From Nocardioidaceae bacterium (GTDB lineage: Bacteria; Actinomycetota; Actinomycetes; Propionibacteriales; Nocardioidaceae): a stretch of 51,318 nucleotides of DNA. The position numbers and the translations under genes are program-made. The notes beneath the pieces are model-generated. The model did not search any database and was not told the DNA's origin. It was given only the letters and a program-made list of their open reading frames with translations. Positions 26,705-36,916 of the stretch are shown here, piece after piece (positions within the stretch are counted from its first letter, which is position 1; each line of letters starts with the position of its first letter). The stretch is from assembly GCA_013697905.1 (NCBI GenBank), contig JACCVZ010000137.1:1-51318 (forward strand), in the 5' to 3' direction.

Positions 26705-27297
26705 GCGACGCTGAGACCGACGGGCCGCCGTCCCGCAAACGTGGCATCACCCAATGCGCTGCTGTCGCCCTCGTCGCGTTCCTCCTCGACCAGGGCACCA
26801 AGTGGTGGGCCGAGCGAGCTCTCGTCAGCGGTCGACCGCGCGCGTTCGTCGGAGACCTGTTGCAGTTCCGGCTGACGTACAACCCCGGCGCTGCGTTCAG
26901 CGTCGGCACCGGCTACACCATCCTCCTGACCTGCATCGCTCTCGCGGTGATCGTCATCGTCGTCTCCATGGCTGGCCGGATTCGTAGCGCCTGGTGGGCG
27001 GTGGCACTCGGGCTGCTGCTCGGCGGCGCTCTGGGGAACGTGACGGATCGGCTCTTCCGGCCACCGGCACCGTTCCGTGGGCATGTCGTCGACTTCCTCG
27101 AGCTGCCCAACTGGCCGGTTTTCAACGTGGCGGACTCGGCGATCAGCGTGGCTGCCGTGCTGTTCATCGGGCTGAGCCTGCGTGGGGTCCGTCTCGATGG
27201 CAGCCGCGAGACTCGGCGTACGAGAAGCGTTGACGGCCAGCTGACGGTGGAACGTTCTGCCACCGATGACGGCGAGCCGACCGACGGCGCCCGATGA
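26668..27297 (+). CDS. lspA: Lipoprotein signal peptidase II
   Basis: YNPGAAFS and FNVADSAI motifs with four TM helices. Only GTG 26668 or ATG 26677 are available as starts, and both overlap the preceding gene. Confidence 0.9.
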   Translation: MPGMQTTPGTSLSDAETDGPPSRKRGITQCAAVALVAFLLDQGTKWWAERALVSGRPRAFVGDLLQFRLTYNPGAAFSVGTGYTILLTCIALAVIVIVVSMAGRIRSAWWAVALGLLLGGALGNVTDRLFRPPAPFRGHVVDFLELPNWPVFNVADSAISVAAVLFIGLSLRGVRLDGSRETRRTRSVDGQLTVERSATDDGEPTDGAR

Positions 27298-28235
27298 TGA
27301 GTGCCACCTCCGACCGAAGGGTCGTCCACGTGCCGGGCGGCCTTGCCGGCGAGCGTGTCGACGCCGCCATCGCACGGATGTTCGGACTGTCGCGCACCAA
27401 GGCCGCCGACCTAGTGGCCGCCGGCGAGGTGACGGTCGATGGCGCCCACCCGGCGAAGTCGGACCGCGTCCACGAGGGTGCCTTCCTGGAGGTGGCCATT
27501 CCCGCAGCGCAGGGTCCCGTGCCCGTCCGGCCGGAGGTCGTCGAGGGTGTGCGGATCGTGCACGACGACGACGCGTTCGTGGTCGTCGACAAGCCGGTCG
27601 GCGTCGCGGCGCACCCCAGTGTCGGTTGGACCGGGCCCACCGTGCTCGGCCATCTCGCCGGCGGCGGTTATCGGCTCGCCACGTCCGGCGTGCCCGAACG
27701 GCAGGGCATCGTGCAGCGGCTCGACGTCGGCACCAGCGGCCTGATGGTCGTCGCCAAGTCCGAGTACGCGTACTCGCGGCTGAAGGACGCCTTCCGGCAG
27801 CGGGCTGTCGACAAGACATACCACGCGCTCGTCCAGGGTCATCCCGACCCCTTGCGCGGCACGATCGACGCCCCGATCGTCCGGCACACCAGACACGACT
27901 ACAAGTTCACCGTCGGTCAAGGTGGCCGCCACAGCGTGACCCACTACGACACGCTCGAGGCCCACCGGTTCGCCTCCCTGCTGGAGGTCAAGCTGGAGAC
28001 CGGCCGGACTCATCAGATCCGGGTGCACATGAGCGCCCTGCACCATCCCTGTCTGGGAGACCTGACGTACGGCGCCGACCCGGTGCTCGCCAAGCGGGTC
28101 GGGTTGGACCGGCAGTGGCTGCATGCGCTGCGGCTCGGCTTCACCCATCCGGAGTCCGGCGAGTGGGTGGAGTTCGAGTCGACGTACCCCGACGACCTCA
28201 GTGCGGCACTTGCCGTCATCCGCGATGCCGACTGA
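27294..28235 (+). CDS. rluD: RluA/RluD-family 23S rRNA pseudouridine synthase
   Basis: ATGA overlap with lspA. S4-like N-terminus, catalytic [14 protein letters not shown] and HQIRVH motifs. Confidence 0.9.
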   Translation: MMSATSDRRVVHVPGGLAGERVDAAIARMFGLSRTKAADLVAAGEVTVDGAHPAKSDRVHEGAFLEVAIPAAQGPVPVRPEVVEGVRIVHDDDAFVVVDKPVGVAAHPSVGWTGPTVLGHLAGGGYRLATSGVPERQGIVQRLDVGTSGLMVVAKSEYAYSRLKDAFRQRAVDKTYHALVQGHPDPLRGTIDAPIVRHTRHDYKFTVGQGGRHSVTHYDTLEAHRFASLLEVKLETGRTHQIRVHMSALHHPCLGDLTYGADPVLAKRVGLDRQWLHALRLGFTHPESGEWVEFESTYPDDLSAALAVIRDAD

Positions 28236-28737
28236 GCCGGAGTCGTCGCCACCGCTGATCCGCCGGGCCGCAGCGGGCGAAGCAGTGGTGATCGCGGCCC
28301 TGTTCAGGCGGGTGCGCGAGCAGAACGCCGCGACGATCCCGCCGCTCGTCCACTCCTTCGCGTCTGTCTGCGCCTGGGTCGACACCGTTCTGCTCGCAAG
28401 GTACGACGTCTGGGTCGCCGACCGCGGCGGCGAGGTCGTCGCCATGATGGCTCTTCGACACCCGGACTGGCTGGAACATCTCTACATCGACGCCTCCGCC
28501 CGCGGCCAGGGGCTGGGATCGCGCCTGGTGGCACTGGCGAAGGCTGAGCTGACCGGACCAGCCCAGCTGTGGACTTTCCAGAGCAACCGGGGGGCGCGAC
28601 GGTTCTACGAGCGGCACGGTTTCGAGGCGGTGCAGTGGACCGACGGCGACAACGAAGAGGGTGCGCCGGACGTCCGTTACGTCGATACGGCGCGGTCGGT
28701 GAGTGTCGGTCGGTGCTGCCACCCTGGGTCGAAGTAG
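28225..28737 (+). CDS. GNAT-family N-acetyltransferase
   Basis: Acetyl-CoA-binding motif [16 protein letters not shown] and C-terminal [11 protein letters not shown] 28225 overlaps the rluD end by 11 nt. I trimmed the tracked ORF from 28123. Confidence 0.75.
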   Translation: MPTEPESSPPLIRRAAAGEAVVIAALFRRVREQNAATIPPLVHSFASVCAWVDTVLLARYDVWVADRGGEVVAMMALRHPDWLEHLYIDASARGQGLGSRLVALAKAELTGPAQLWTFQSNRGARRFYERHGFEAVQWTDGDNEEGAPDVRYVDTARSVSVGRCCHPGSK

Positions 28738-28839
28738 GCTGTGGCTCTTCCCCCAAGCGGCCGCGAGGCTGCGACCCAGGCGTGTCAGTCATGCCCGGAT
28801 CATCAGAAGTCCGGACGCAGGTCAGGAGGCAGTTTCTCG

Positions 28840-31800
28840 ATGTCGTCGTCGTTCGTGCACCTGCACGTCCACAGCGAGTTCTCGATGCTCGACGGGGCCG
28901 CGAGAGTCGGACAGCTGTTCGACGAGACGGCGCGGCTCGAGATGCCGGCGCTGGCGATCACCGACCACGGCAACATGTTCGGCGCCTTCGAGTTCTACGG
29001 CGCGGCGAAGGCGCGCGACATCACACCGATCATCGGCATCGAGGCTTACCTGACGCCGGGCACCAGCCGGTTCGAACGCCGCCGGGTGAAGTGGGGCAAC
29101 GGGGGCGGTGACGACGTCTCAGGCGGCGGCGCGTACACGCACATCACGATGCTCGCCGAGACGACAGCAGGCATGCACAACCTGTTCAGGCTCTCTTCGC
29201 TCGCGTCCATGGAGGGCCAGTTCTACAAACCGCGGATGGACCGTGAGCTGCTCGAGCGCTACGGCAAGGGCGTCATCGCCACCACCGGCTGCCCGTCCGG
29301 CGAGGTCCAGACCTTGCTTCGGCTCGGCAAGTACGCCGAGGCAGTGCAGGCGGCTGCCGACTACCGCGACATCTTCGGCCCCGACGCCTACTTCGTCGAG
29401 CTGATGGACCACGGCCTCAGCATAGAGAAGCGGGTCCGCGACGACCTGCTCCGGCTGGCCAAGGACCTCGGCCTGCCGCTGGTGGCAACCAACGACCTGC
29501 ACTACACCAAGCAGGAGGACTCGATCGGCCACGACGCCTTGCTGTGCGTGCAGTCGGGGTCGACGGTCAACGACGAGGGCCGGTTCAAGTTGGACGGTGA
29601 CGGCTACTATCTCAAGTCTCCGGAGCAGATGCGCGAGCTGTTCCGCGACCTCCCCGCCGCCTGTGACAACACGCTGGTCATAGCCGAGCGTTGCAACGTC
29701 GAGTTCGCCGTCGGCCGCAACCTGATGCCACGGTTCCCAGTTCCCGAGGGTGAGACCGAGGAGACGTGGTTCGTCAAGCAGGTCGAGGAGGGGTTGCGCC
29801 GTCGCTACGTCGGCGGGATCACCGAGGTGATCCGCGCCCGCGCCGACCACGAGACAGCAACGATCCTCGCGATGGGTTACCCCGGCTACTTCCTGGTGAC
29901 GGCCGACTTCATCAACTGGTCGAAAAGTCAAGGCATCCGGGTCGGCCCGGGCCGTGGCTCGGCAACGGGCTCGATCGTGGCCTACGCCATGGGCATCACC
30001 GAGCTCGACCCCCTCTTCCACGGCCTGCTCTTCGAGCGATTCCTCAATCCTGAGCGCAGCTCCATGCCAGACATCGACATCGACTTCGACGAGCGCCGTC
30101 GGGGTGAGGTCATTCGCTACTGCACACAGAAGTACGGCGACGGGCGGGTGGCACAGATCGTCACCTACGGCACCATCAAGGCCAAGCAGGCCATCAAGGA
30201 CTCGTCCCGGGTGCTCGGCTACCCGTTCGCGGTCGGGGAGCGGATCACCAAGGCCATGCCGGCGTCCGTGATGGGCAAGGACATCCCGCTGGCAAGCATC
30301 TTCGACAGCAGCCACAAGCGCTATGGCGAGGCGGGGGAGTTCCGGACCCTCTACGACACCGACCCCGATGTCACCCGGATCGTCGACACCGCCCGACAGC
30401 TCGAGAACCTCAAACGGCAGTGGAGCGTTCACGCCGCCGGCGTCATCATGTCGAGCGAGCCCCTGATCGACGTCATCCCGATGATGCGCCGCGACCAAGA
30501 CGGCGCGACGATCACCCAGTTCGACTATCCCTCGTGCGAGGCACTCGGCCTCCTCAAGATGGACTTCTTGGGGCTACGCAATCTCACCGTCATCGACGAC
30601 GCCATCCGCAGCATCACAGCCAACCGCGGCGTCACGGTCGATGTCGACTCACTCGAGCTCGACGACCCCGCCACCTACGAGCTGCTGGGCCGCGGTGACA
30701 CGTTGGGCGTCTTCCAGCTCGACGGTGGACCGATGCGGCAGCTGTTGAGGCTGATGCGCCCGGACTCCTTCGAGGACATCGCAGCGGTCCTCGCGCTCTA
30801 CCGGCCGGGTCCGATGGCCGCTAACAGCCACACCAACTACGCCTTACGCAAGAACGGCAAGCAGGCCATCACGCCGATCCATCCCGAGCTGGAGCAGCCG
30901 CTCAAAGAGATTCTCGAGCCCACCCACGGACTGATCGTCTACCAGGAGCAGGTGATGGAGATCCCGCGGAAGCTCGCCGGCTACTCCCTTGCCCAGGCAG
31001 ACCTGCTTCGCCGCGCGATGGGCAAGAAGAAGCGTGAGGTGCTCGACGCGGAATACGAGTCGTTCCGTGACGGGATGCTCGCAAACGGCTACTCCGCTGG
31101 AGCCGTCAAGACCCTGTGGGACATCCTGGTCCCGTTCAGCGACTATGCCTTCAACAAGTCGCACACAGCGGGATACGGGTTGGTGTCCTACTGGACGGCC
31201 TACCTCAAGGCCAACTTCCCCACGGAGTACATGGCGGCGCTGCTCACCAGCGTGCGTGGTGACAAGGACAAGTCGGCGGTCTACCTCAACGAATGTCGTC
31301 GGATGGGCATCCGGGTGCTGCCTCCCGACGTCAACGAGTCCGAGGCCAACTTCACCCCGATCGGCCGCGACGTCCGTTTCGGGCTGTCGGCGATTCGCAA
31401 CGTCGGCAATAACGTCGTCGCCGGTCTCGTCGGCGCCCGCAACGACTCCGGCAGGTTCGCCGACTTCGGGGACTTCATGTCGAAGGTCCCGGTCCCGGTC
31501 TGCAACAAGCGCGTTCTCGAGTCATTGTGCAAGGCAGGGGCCTTTGACTCGCTCGGGCACACCCGGCGCGCCCTCGTCACCGTCCACGAGGACGCCGCCG
31601 ACCAGTACCTCGACCTGAAGCGCAACGAGGCGATCGGGCAGGACTCACTGTTCAGTGACCTCGAGGACGACGAGTTCTTGGCAGTGTCGGTTCGCGTGCC
31701 CGACCTGGACGAGTGGGACAAGAGGTCGCTGCTGGCCTATGAGCGCGACATGCTCGGGCTCTACGTGTCCGACCACCCGCTCAACGGGCTCGAGCATGTC

Positions 31801-32364
31801 CTGGCGCGGAGCTGCGACGTCACGGTCGGCGCGTTGGTGACAGGGGAGGACCGACCTGACGGAACCCAGGTGACGATCGCCGGCCTCATCACATCGGTCG
31901 TGCGAAAGACGACCAAACGCGGCGAGCTGTACGCCGTGGTCACCGTCGAGGATCTCGAAGGCGCCGTCGAGGTGATGGTCTTCCCACGCGACTACCAGCT
32001 CTCGTCGACCCTGCTGGTCGAGGACTGCGTCGTGGTGATCAAAGGCCGGGTCAGTCGCGGTCGCGATGAAGCCATCCAGCTGGCTGCCCTTGACATCAGC
32101 GTTCCCGATCTCACCAGCGGTGCCTCGTCCGGCCCGATAGTGATCTCGATGCCCGCCGTCAGGGTGACACCACCGATCGTCGACCAGCTCAAAGACGTGC
32201 TGGCGACCCATCCAGGCGTGGCCGATGTTCACCTGATGCTGCAGTCGGCCGGCCGGACGATGGTGATGCGGCTCGACCATGGCCTACGGGTGACTCCGTC
32301 TCCGGCCCTGATGGCCGACCTCAAGGCGTTGCTCGGGCCCGCGTGCCTGTCCCCCGTGTCCTGA
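28840..32364 (+). CDS. dnaE: DNA polymerase III alpha subunit DnaE (DnaE1 type)
   Basis: PHP domain FVHLHVHSEFSMLDGAA, palm/fingers PGRGSATGSIVAYAMGIT and an OB-fold C-terminus. ATG 28840 has AGGAGG 10 nt upstream. I trimmed the tracked ORF from 28741. Confidence 0.97.
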   Translation: MSSSFVHLHVHSEFSMLDGAARVGQLFDETARLEMPALAITDHGNMFGAFEFYGAAKARDITPIIGIEAYLTPGTSRFERRRVKWGNGGGDDVSGGGAYTHITMLAETTAGMHNLFRLSSLASMEGQFYKPRMDRELLERYGKGVIATTGCPSGEVQTLLRLGKYAEAVQAAADYRDIFGPDAYFVELMDHGLSIEKRVRDDLLRLAKDLGLPLVATNDLHYTKQEDSIGHDALLCVQSGSTVNDEGRFKLDGDGYYLKSPEQMRELFRDLPAACDNTLVIAERCNVEFAVGRNLMPRFPVPEGETEETWFVKQVEEGLRRRYVGGITEVIRARADHETATILAMGYPGYFLVTADFINWSKSQGIRVGPGRGSATGSIVAYAMGITELDPLFHGLLFERFLNPERSSMPDIDIDFDERRRGEVIRYCTQKYGDGRVAQIVTYGTIKAKQAIKDSSRVLGYPFAVGERITKAMPASVMGKDIPLASIFDSSHKRYGEAGEFRTLYDTDPDVTRIVDTARQLENLKRQWSVHAAGVIMSSEPLIDVIPMMRRDQDGATITQFDYPSCEALGLLKMDFLGLRNLTVIDDAIRSITANRGVTVDVDSLELDDPATYELLGRGDTLGVFQLDGGPMRQLLRLMRPDSFEDIAAVLALYRPGPMAANSHTNYALRKNGKQAITPIHPELEQPLKEILEPTHGLIVYQEQVMEIPRKLAGYSLAQADLLRRAMGKKKREVLDAEYESFRDGMLANGYSAGAVKTLWDILVPFSDYAFNKSHTAGYGLVSYWTAYLKANFPTEYMAALLTSVRGDKDKSAVYLNECRRMGIRVLPPDVNESEANFTPIGRDVRFGLSAIRNVGNNVVAGLVGARNDSGRFADFGDFMSKVPVPVCNKRVLESLCKAGAFDSLGHTRRALVTVHEDAADQYLDLKRNEAIGQDSLFSDLEDDEFLAVSVRVPDLDEWDKRSLLAYERDMLGLYVSDHPLNGLEHVLARSCDVTVGALVTGEDRPDGTQVTIAGLITSVVRKTTKRGELYAVVTVEDLEGAVEVMVFPRDYQLSSTLLVEDCVVVIKGRVSRGRDEAIQLAALDISVPDLTSGASSGPIVISMPAVRVTPPIVDQLKDVLATHPGVADVHLMLQSAGRTMVMRLDHGLRVTPSPALMADLKALLGPACLSPVS

Positions 32365-33002
32365 TGAAAGGCAGTGAGGGTTTGTCGCCCTACACTGCGC
32401 ACGTGAGTCCGTACGGCAGCCCCGTCCCTGACCGGCCGCCAACGGCGACGGCGTACGACGTGAGGGTGCCGTTCGAGCTCGCTGGGAGCTCGCTGCGGGT
32501 GCGGGCGCTGCTCGTCGGCAGCTGTGCGATCGCCGGGGCCGTCTTGGCGTTTCCAGCAGCCTGGGTCTGGGTGGAGCTGTCCGACCCGCCACGTGCGGTG
32601 CTGAGCGCGAAGGGTGTCTTTCTCGGGGAGGTGGAACTCGACCGCCTGGTCGGCCTCAGCTGGTGGTTCCTCGCCATCGGGCTGGGCTTTGGCATCGTCG
32701 CCGGACTCGTCATCGGCTGGCGCGGTCAGCGGCACGGGCTCGCGGTGGTGCTTGCCGTGCTTGCCCTCTCCGTGGTGGCGTCCTATCTGACCTCTCGCAT
32801 CGGCCACGACATCTTCGGCCAAGACGTCGATCAACAGGTGAAACAGGCACAGGTCGGCGACTTCATCACCACCGACATGCGGATCGAGAGCCTCATCGCT
32901 TACGTCGGGTGGCCGGTGGGAGGACTCATCGGCGTGCTCGCTGGAGTCTCACGCTGGCCCAAACCGCGCCAAAGGGGCAACCGTGCCCCCAGCGTCCAGT
33001 AA
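32364..33002 (+). CDS. Hypothetical integral membrane protein (about 4 TM helices)
   Basis: TGATG overlap with the dnaE stop. High GC3 and hydrophobic helices (LLVGSCAIAGAVLAF, WWFLAIGLGFGIVAGLVIGW, AVVLAVLALSVVASYL, VGWPVGGLIGVLAGV). I recognise no motif. Start uncertain (GTG 32403 is also possible). Confidence 0.6.
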   Translation: MKGSEGLSPYTAHVSPYGSPVPDRPPTATAYDVRVPFELAGSSLRVRALLVGSCAIAGAVLAFPAAWVWVELSDPPRAVLSAKGVFLGEVELDRLVGLSWWFLAIGLGFGIVAGLVIGWRGQRHGLAVVLAVLALSVVASYLTSRIGHDIFGQDVDQQVKQAQVGDFITTDMRIESLIAYVGWPVGGLIGVLAGVSRWPKPRQRGNRAPSVQ

Positions 33003-33041
33003 TCTCAGCGTCTACTCGTGCTCTACAGGGGGTCTTCGACG

Positions 33042-34787
33042 ATGTCTGGCAACATGCCCTACCCTGGCCCCGGACGTGGCCCGCAGCAGCCGTATGGCGG
33101 CTCAGGTCCTGGTGGTTATGGTCCTGGTCCGCAGGGCCCTGGTGGTTATGGTGGTCCGCAAGGTCCTGGTGGTCAGGGTCCCGGAAGCGGCGGGTACGGG
33201 CAGGGGCCAGGCGGCTACGGCCCCGGGGGTCCTGGAGGTCCTGGAGGTCCCCCCGACTACGGGCAGCCTTACCAGGAGCGGCCCCAGCGTCGTGGTGTCA
33301 AGGCGCTCGTCATCGCCCTGGTCGTCGCCGTCGTCGTTGCCGGGAGTGCCTTCGCGGTCTACAAGCTCGACCCGTTCAACACGTTCTCGTCCGAGCCGGC
33401 GGCGGCTGAGGCGATCCCCGCGGATGCCCTGTTCTATGTCGGTGTCGACCTCGACCCGTCGGCTCAGCAGAAGGTCAAAGCGGTGCAGTTCCTCAACCAC
33501 TTCCCGGCGTTCAAGGCGAGCATCGACGTGCGTGACGCGAACAGCGACATTCGCAAGACCATCTTCGACCAGGCCCTCGAGCAGACCCCCTGTGACGTCT
33601 CCTTCGACGACGACGTCGCTCCGTGGCTGGGCAACAAGTTCGCCGGTGCGGGCATGCCTGCCAGCGCTTCAGGAGAAGCGCCCGACTTCGTCTTCGCCCT
33701 GGAGGTGACCGACGAAGCCGGTGCCAAAGACGGCCTGAAGAAGCTGGCGTCCTGTGGCGGCGGTGACAGCTCTTTCGGGCTGGCGTTCACCGGTGGCTAT
33801 GCGCTGGTTGCCGAGACCCAGGAGCTCGCCGACAAGTTCGCCACCGACGTCGAAGAGAAGTCGCTTGCCGACGACGGTGACTTCACAGCCGACCTCGACT
33901 CGCTCGGCGGCGTCGGGTTCGCCACGCTGTGGGTCAACGTCGACGATGCGATCAGGCTGTTCGGGCCACCGCAGCTGGCCTCAGGAGATCTGGACTTCCT
34001 GACCAACACCTACAAGCGCGCAGCGGCGACTGTCCGGTTCGAGAACGACAGTGTTGAGATCGTTGCCAGTACCTTCGGCGACAACCAGGATATCGAGCAC
34101 GGTGACAACAAGATCGTCGACCTTCCCGAGTCGACCGCGTTCGCGGTGTCGGAGGCTGGCGGTGCGCGGCGCGTCGACCAGGCATACGATGCGGTCGTCG
34201 AGGCGGCCAAGAGCTCCGGCGTCGACGTCGAGGGACAAATTGCCGACTTCGAGGCGCAGACCGGCCTGAGCATTCCCGAAGACATCGCCACAGTGCTGGG
34301 TGAGAACATCATGTTCGCCGTCGACGCTGACGGGCTCAGCGCCGATGCCCTGCAGTCAGCGGACCCTGACCAGATCAATGCGGGTGTCCGGTTCACGAGC
34401 GACCCGGGTGATCTCACCGCGATCTATGACAAGGTGTTGGCTCTGGTGCAGGACGAAACCGGCCGAGACTTCCCCGTCTCGAAGAAGGATCTGGATGACG
34501 GCCTTGTGGTCGCGACCAACGATGCCTACGCCGACGAGCTCTCCCAGGACGGGAGCCTCGGGGAGACCGACGCCTTCCAGTCCGTCACCGACGACGCGCA
34601 GAGCAAGGAGTTCGTGCTCTTCTTCGACTTCGACTCGATCGAGGACCAGATCGTCGAGGCGGTGCAAGCAGACGGCGAGTCGTCCGAGGTGATCGAGAAC
34701 ATCCGTCCGATCCAGGCATTCGGTCTGACGTCGGAGGTCGAAGGCGACTACGCGGTCACCACCTTCCGGATGTCGGTCAACGACTGA
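33042..34787 (+). CDS. Membrane-anchored protein: Gly/Pro/Tyr/Gln-rich N-terminal tail, one TM, large extracytoplasmic domain (possibly DUF3352-like)
   Basis: MSGNMPYPGPGRGPQQPYGGSGPGGYGPGPQGPGGYGG..., then TM ALVIALVVAVVVAGSAFAVY, then about 470 acidic residues (FYVGVDLDPSAQQKVKAVQFLNHFPAF...). The DUF3352 assignment is from memory and unverified. Confidence 0.65.
   Translation: MSGNMPYPGPGRGPQQPYGGSGPGGYGPGPQGPGGYGGPQGPGGQGPGSGGYGQGPGGYGPGGPGGPGGPPDYGQPYQERPQRRGVKALVIALVVAVVVAGSAFAVYKLDPFNTFSSEPAAAEAIPADALFYVGVDLDPSAQQKVKAVQFLNHFPAFKASIDVRDANSDIRKTIFDQALEQTPCDVSFDDDVAPWLGNKFAGAGMPASASGEAPDFVFALEVTDEAGAKDGLKKLASCGGGDSSFGLAFTGGYALVAETQELADKFATDVEEKSLADDGDFTADLDSLGGVGFATLWVNVDDAIRLFGPPQLASGDLDFLTNTYKRAAATVRFENDSVEIVASTFGDNQDIEHGDNKIVDLPESTAFAVSEAGGARRVDQAYDAVVEAAKSSGVDVEGQIADFEAQTGLSIPEDIATVLGENIMFAVDADGLSADALQSADPDQINAGVRFTSDPGDLTAIYDKVLALVQDETGRDFPVSKKDLDDGLVVATNDAYADELSQDGSLGETDAFQSVTDDAQSKEFVLFFDFDSIEDQIVEAVQADGESSEVIENIRPIQAFGLTSEVEGDYAVTTFRMSVND
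33100..33255 (+). repeat. Imperfect tandem 15-18-bp repeats encoding PGGYG/PGGQG/PGGPG units
   Basis: ggtcctggtggttatggt (33105), ggccctggtggttatggt (33135), ggtcctggtggtcagggt (33162) and ggtcctggaggtcctggaggtcc (33229) are visible in the sequence. Confidence 0.85.
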
Positions 34788-34811
34788 GCTGGCGACGTGC
34801 TTAGCGGTGCC

Positions 34812-35492
34812 TTAGTTGGGGCACCACTGGGTCCGCGCCAACGATGTCGCAGGAAGGGACGGCACGGCCGCGATCGCCCGTAGCTCCGATCGCATCAAGG
34901 ACGTGCCCAGGCGAAGGCGGCCCACCACATCCGGAGCTTCGAGCATGCTCTGCCGGTCGCCGAGGCTCAGCACGAGCGCCGCAGCCAGCGTATAAGACAG
35001 GTCGACCGGGTCCTCGGGCGACGTGCCCTCGAGGACATCTTCGCCCCGCAGCTGCTCCACGGTGTCGCGATACACGTCGAAGATGTCGCGAGCCGTCCGC
35101 GCCGCGTCCTCCGCGTCCTTGGGCGAATCCCCGCCGCGGTCGTCGGGTAGCCACTGCACCTCGGCCTTGAGGTACTCCTCGGATTCCTCGAGGCTCTCGA
35201 CGTGGAAACGGCGACGGCCGACCACCACGATCTCGAAGGAGCCGTCCATGTTGGCGGTCACCTCGGTGACGAGGGCTGCACATCCGGTGCGCTGGATCGT
35301 GTGCACGCCACGGGCGCCCACCTCGTAGCCGACCTTGATGGCAACGACCCCGAACTCGCGGGCGGCGTCGGCAGGCAACGCGATCAGGTCCCGCACCAGC
35401 AACCGGTAGCGATCCTCGAAGATGTGCAGCGGCATCACGATCCCTGGGAACAGCACCGTGTTCAACGGGAAGAGCGGCAGCGGGTCTGACAC
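34812..35492 (-). CDS. LON N-terminal (substrate-binding) domain protein, with no ATPase or protease domain
   Basis: MSDPLPLFPLNTVLFPGIVMPLHIFEDRYRLLV... is the classic start of the Lon N-domain. 226 aa. Divergent from hisD. Confidence 0.85.
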   Translation of the reverse strand: MSDPLPLFPLNTVLFPGIVMPLHIFEDRYRLLVRDLIALPADAAREFGVVAIKVGYEVGARGVHTIQRTGCAALVTEVTANMDGSFEIVVVGRRRFHVESLEESEEYLKAEVQWLPDDRGGDSPKDAEDAARTARDIFDVYRDTVEQLRGEDVLEGTSPEDPVDLSYTLAAALVLSLGDRQSMLEAPDVVGRLRLGTSLMRSELRAIAAVPSLPATSLARTQWCPN

Positions 35493-35593
35493 ACATCGAA
35501 CCTAACAGGGACATCACGGAGCCGGCGCGGCTCGCCGGAGAGTGCGATCTGGGCCAGCCGGTCGACCACTTGCCTCGCCTTTAGACTGAGGAC

Positions 35594-36916
35594 ATGATTC
35601 GCCAGATCGACGCCCGCGGTCTTGCCGCAGACGGCCAGCGCGTGGACTATGGCGCGCTCGTCCCACGTGCCGACTTCGACGTGGCCGCCGCGACGGAGCG
35701 CGTTCGCCCGATCTGCGAGGCGGTCCGGCTCTACGGCCATGATGAGCTGGTGCGGCAGGCAGCCGTGTTCGACGGCGTCGACATCGACCGCGTCCGGGTT
35801 CCCGCCGCATCGTTGAGAGAGGCCCTCGACGTTGTCGACCCGGCTCTGCGCACGAGCCTTGAGGAGTCGACCGCCCGGCTGCGGATCACCTGCAGGGCCG
35901 AGCTGCCATCCGACGTCGTCACCGAGGTGAGTGCGGGTGGCTTCGTCACCCAGCGCAACGTGCCGGTAGGGCGGGTGGGCCTGTACGTGCCCGCGCAGAC
36001 GGCGCCGCTTGTCTCGTCGGTGCTGATGAACGTGGTACCCGCTCAGGTGGCGGGGGTGACGTCCCTCGCGCTCGCTAGCCCTGCGCAGAAGGAGCACGGC
36101 GGGTTGCCGCACCCCACCATCCTCGCGGCCTGCGCACTGCTGGGAGTCGACGAGGTGTACGCCGCCGGCGGCGCGGCGGCGATCGCGATGTTCGCCTACG
36201 GGTATCGGCACGACGACGACGTCTGCGCCCCGGTCGACCTCGTCACCGGCCCCGCCAACGTCTACGGCGTGGCCGCGAAGAGACTGCTGCGCGGCGTGGT
36301 CGGCATCGACTCGGAGGCGGGGCCGACCGAGATCGCCATCTTGGCTGACGCGGCCGCCGATCCGGCGTACCTCGCCGCTGACCTCATCAGCCAGGCCGAA
36401 CACGACGTGCTCGCGGCCGCTGTGCTGGTGACCGACTCGCCCGAGCTGATCCAGGCGGTCCTCGACGAGCTCGACCGCCAGGTGGCCGCGACGAAGCACG
36501 TCGAACGAATCCGCGCGTCGCTCGCCGGTAGGCAGTCCGCCCTCGTGCTCGTCGACGATCTCGACCAGGGGGAGGAGCTCGCCAACGCCTACGCCGCCGA
36601 GCACCTGGAGGTCCACACCGTCGACGCGCCCGAGCGTGCGGCGCGCGTTCGCAACGCCGGGGCGGTCTTCGTCGGCCCGTACGCTCCAGTCGCGCTGGGC
36701 GACTACTGCGCCGGGTCCAACCATGTCTTGCCCACTGCTGGATGTGCCTGCCACTCGTCCGGCCTGTCGGTGCGGGCGTTCCTCAAGACTGTCCAGGTGG
36801 TGAACTACTCGCAGTCGGCCCTCGACGACGTCGCCCGGGACGTGGTCACCCTCGCCGAAGCTGAAGATCTGCCGGCTCACGGAGACGCCATCCGGGTGCG
36901 GTTGGACCCACGATGA
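35594..36916 (+). CDS. hisD: Histidinol dehydrogenase
   Basis: SQAEHD and [13 protein letters not shown] motifs. 440 aa. Confidence 0.95.
   Translation: MIRQIDARGLAADGQRVDYGALVPRADFDVAAATERVRPICEAVRLYGHDELVRQAAVFDGVDIDRVRVPAASLREALDVVDPALRTSLEESTARLRITCRAELPSDVVTEVSAGGFVTQRNVPVGRVGLYVPAQTAPLVSSVLMNVVPAQVAGVTSLALASPAQKEHGGLPHPTILAACALLGVDEVYAAGGAAAIAMFAYGYRHDDDVCAPVDLVTGPANVYGVAAKRLLRGVVGIDSEAGPTEIAILADAAADPAYLAADLISQAEHDVLAAAVLVTDSPELIQAVLDELDRQVAATKHVERIRASLAGRQSALVLVDDLDQGEELANAYAAEHLEVHTVDAPERAARVRNAGAVFVGPYAPVALGDYCAGSNHVLPTAGCACHSSGLSVRAFLKTVQVVNYSQSALDDVARDVVTLAEAEDLPAHGDAIRVRLDPR

Noticed and set aside
34806-34825. GGTGCC-8 nt-GGCACC hairpin between the convergent 33042..34787 gene and the Lon-N gene, as a possible bidirectional terminator
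   Set aside because: The stem is only 6 bp with no U/A tracts, and it overlaps the stop codon and last codons of the minus-strand gene. Not enough evidence for a terminator call. Similar weak GC stems occur at 22235-22250 and 48680-48700.
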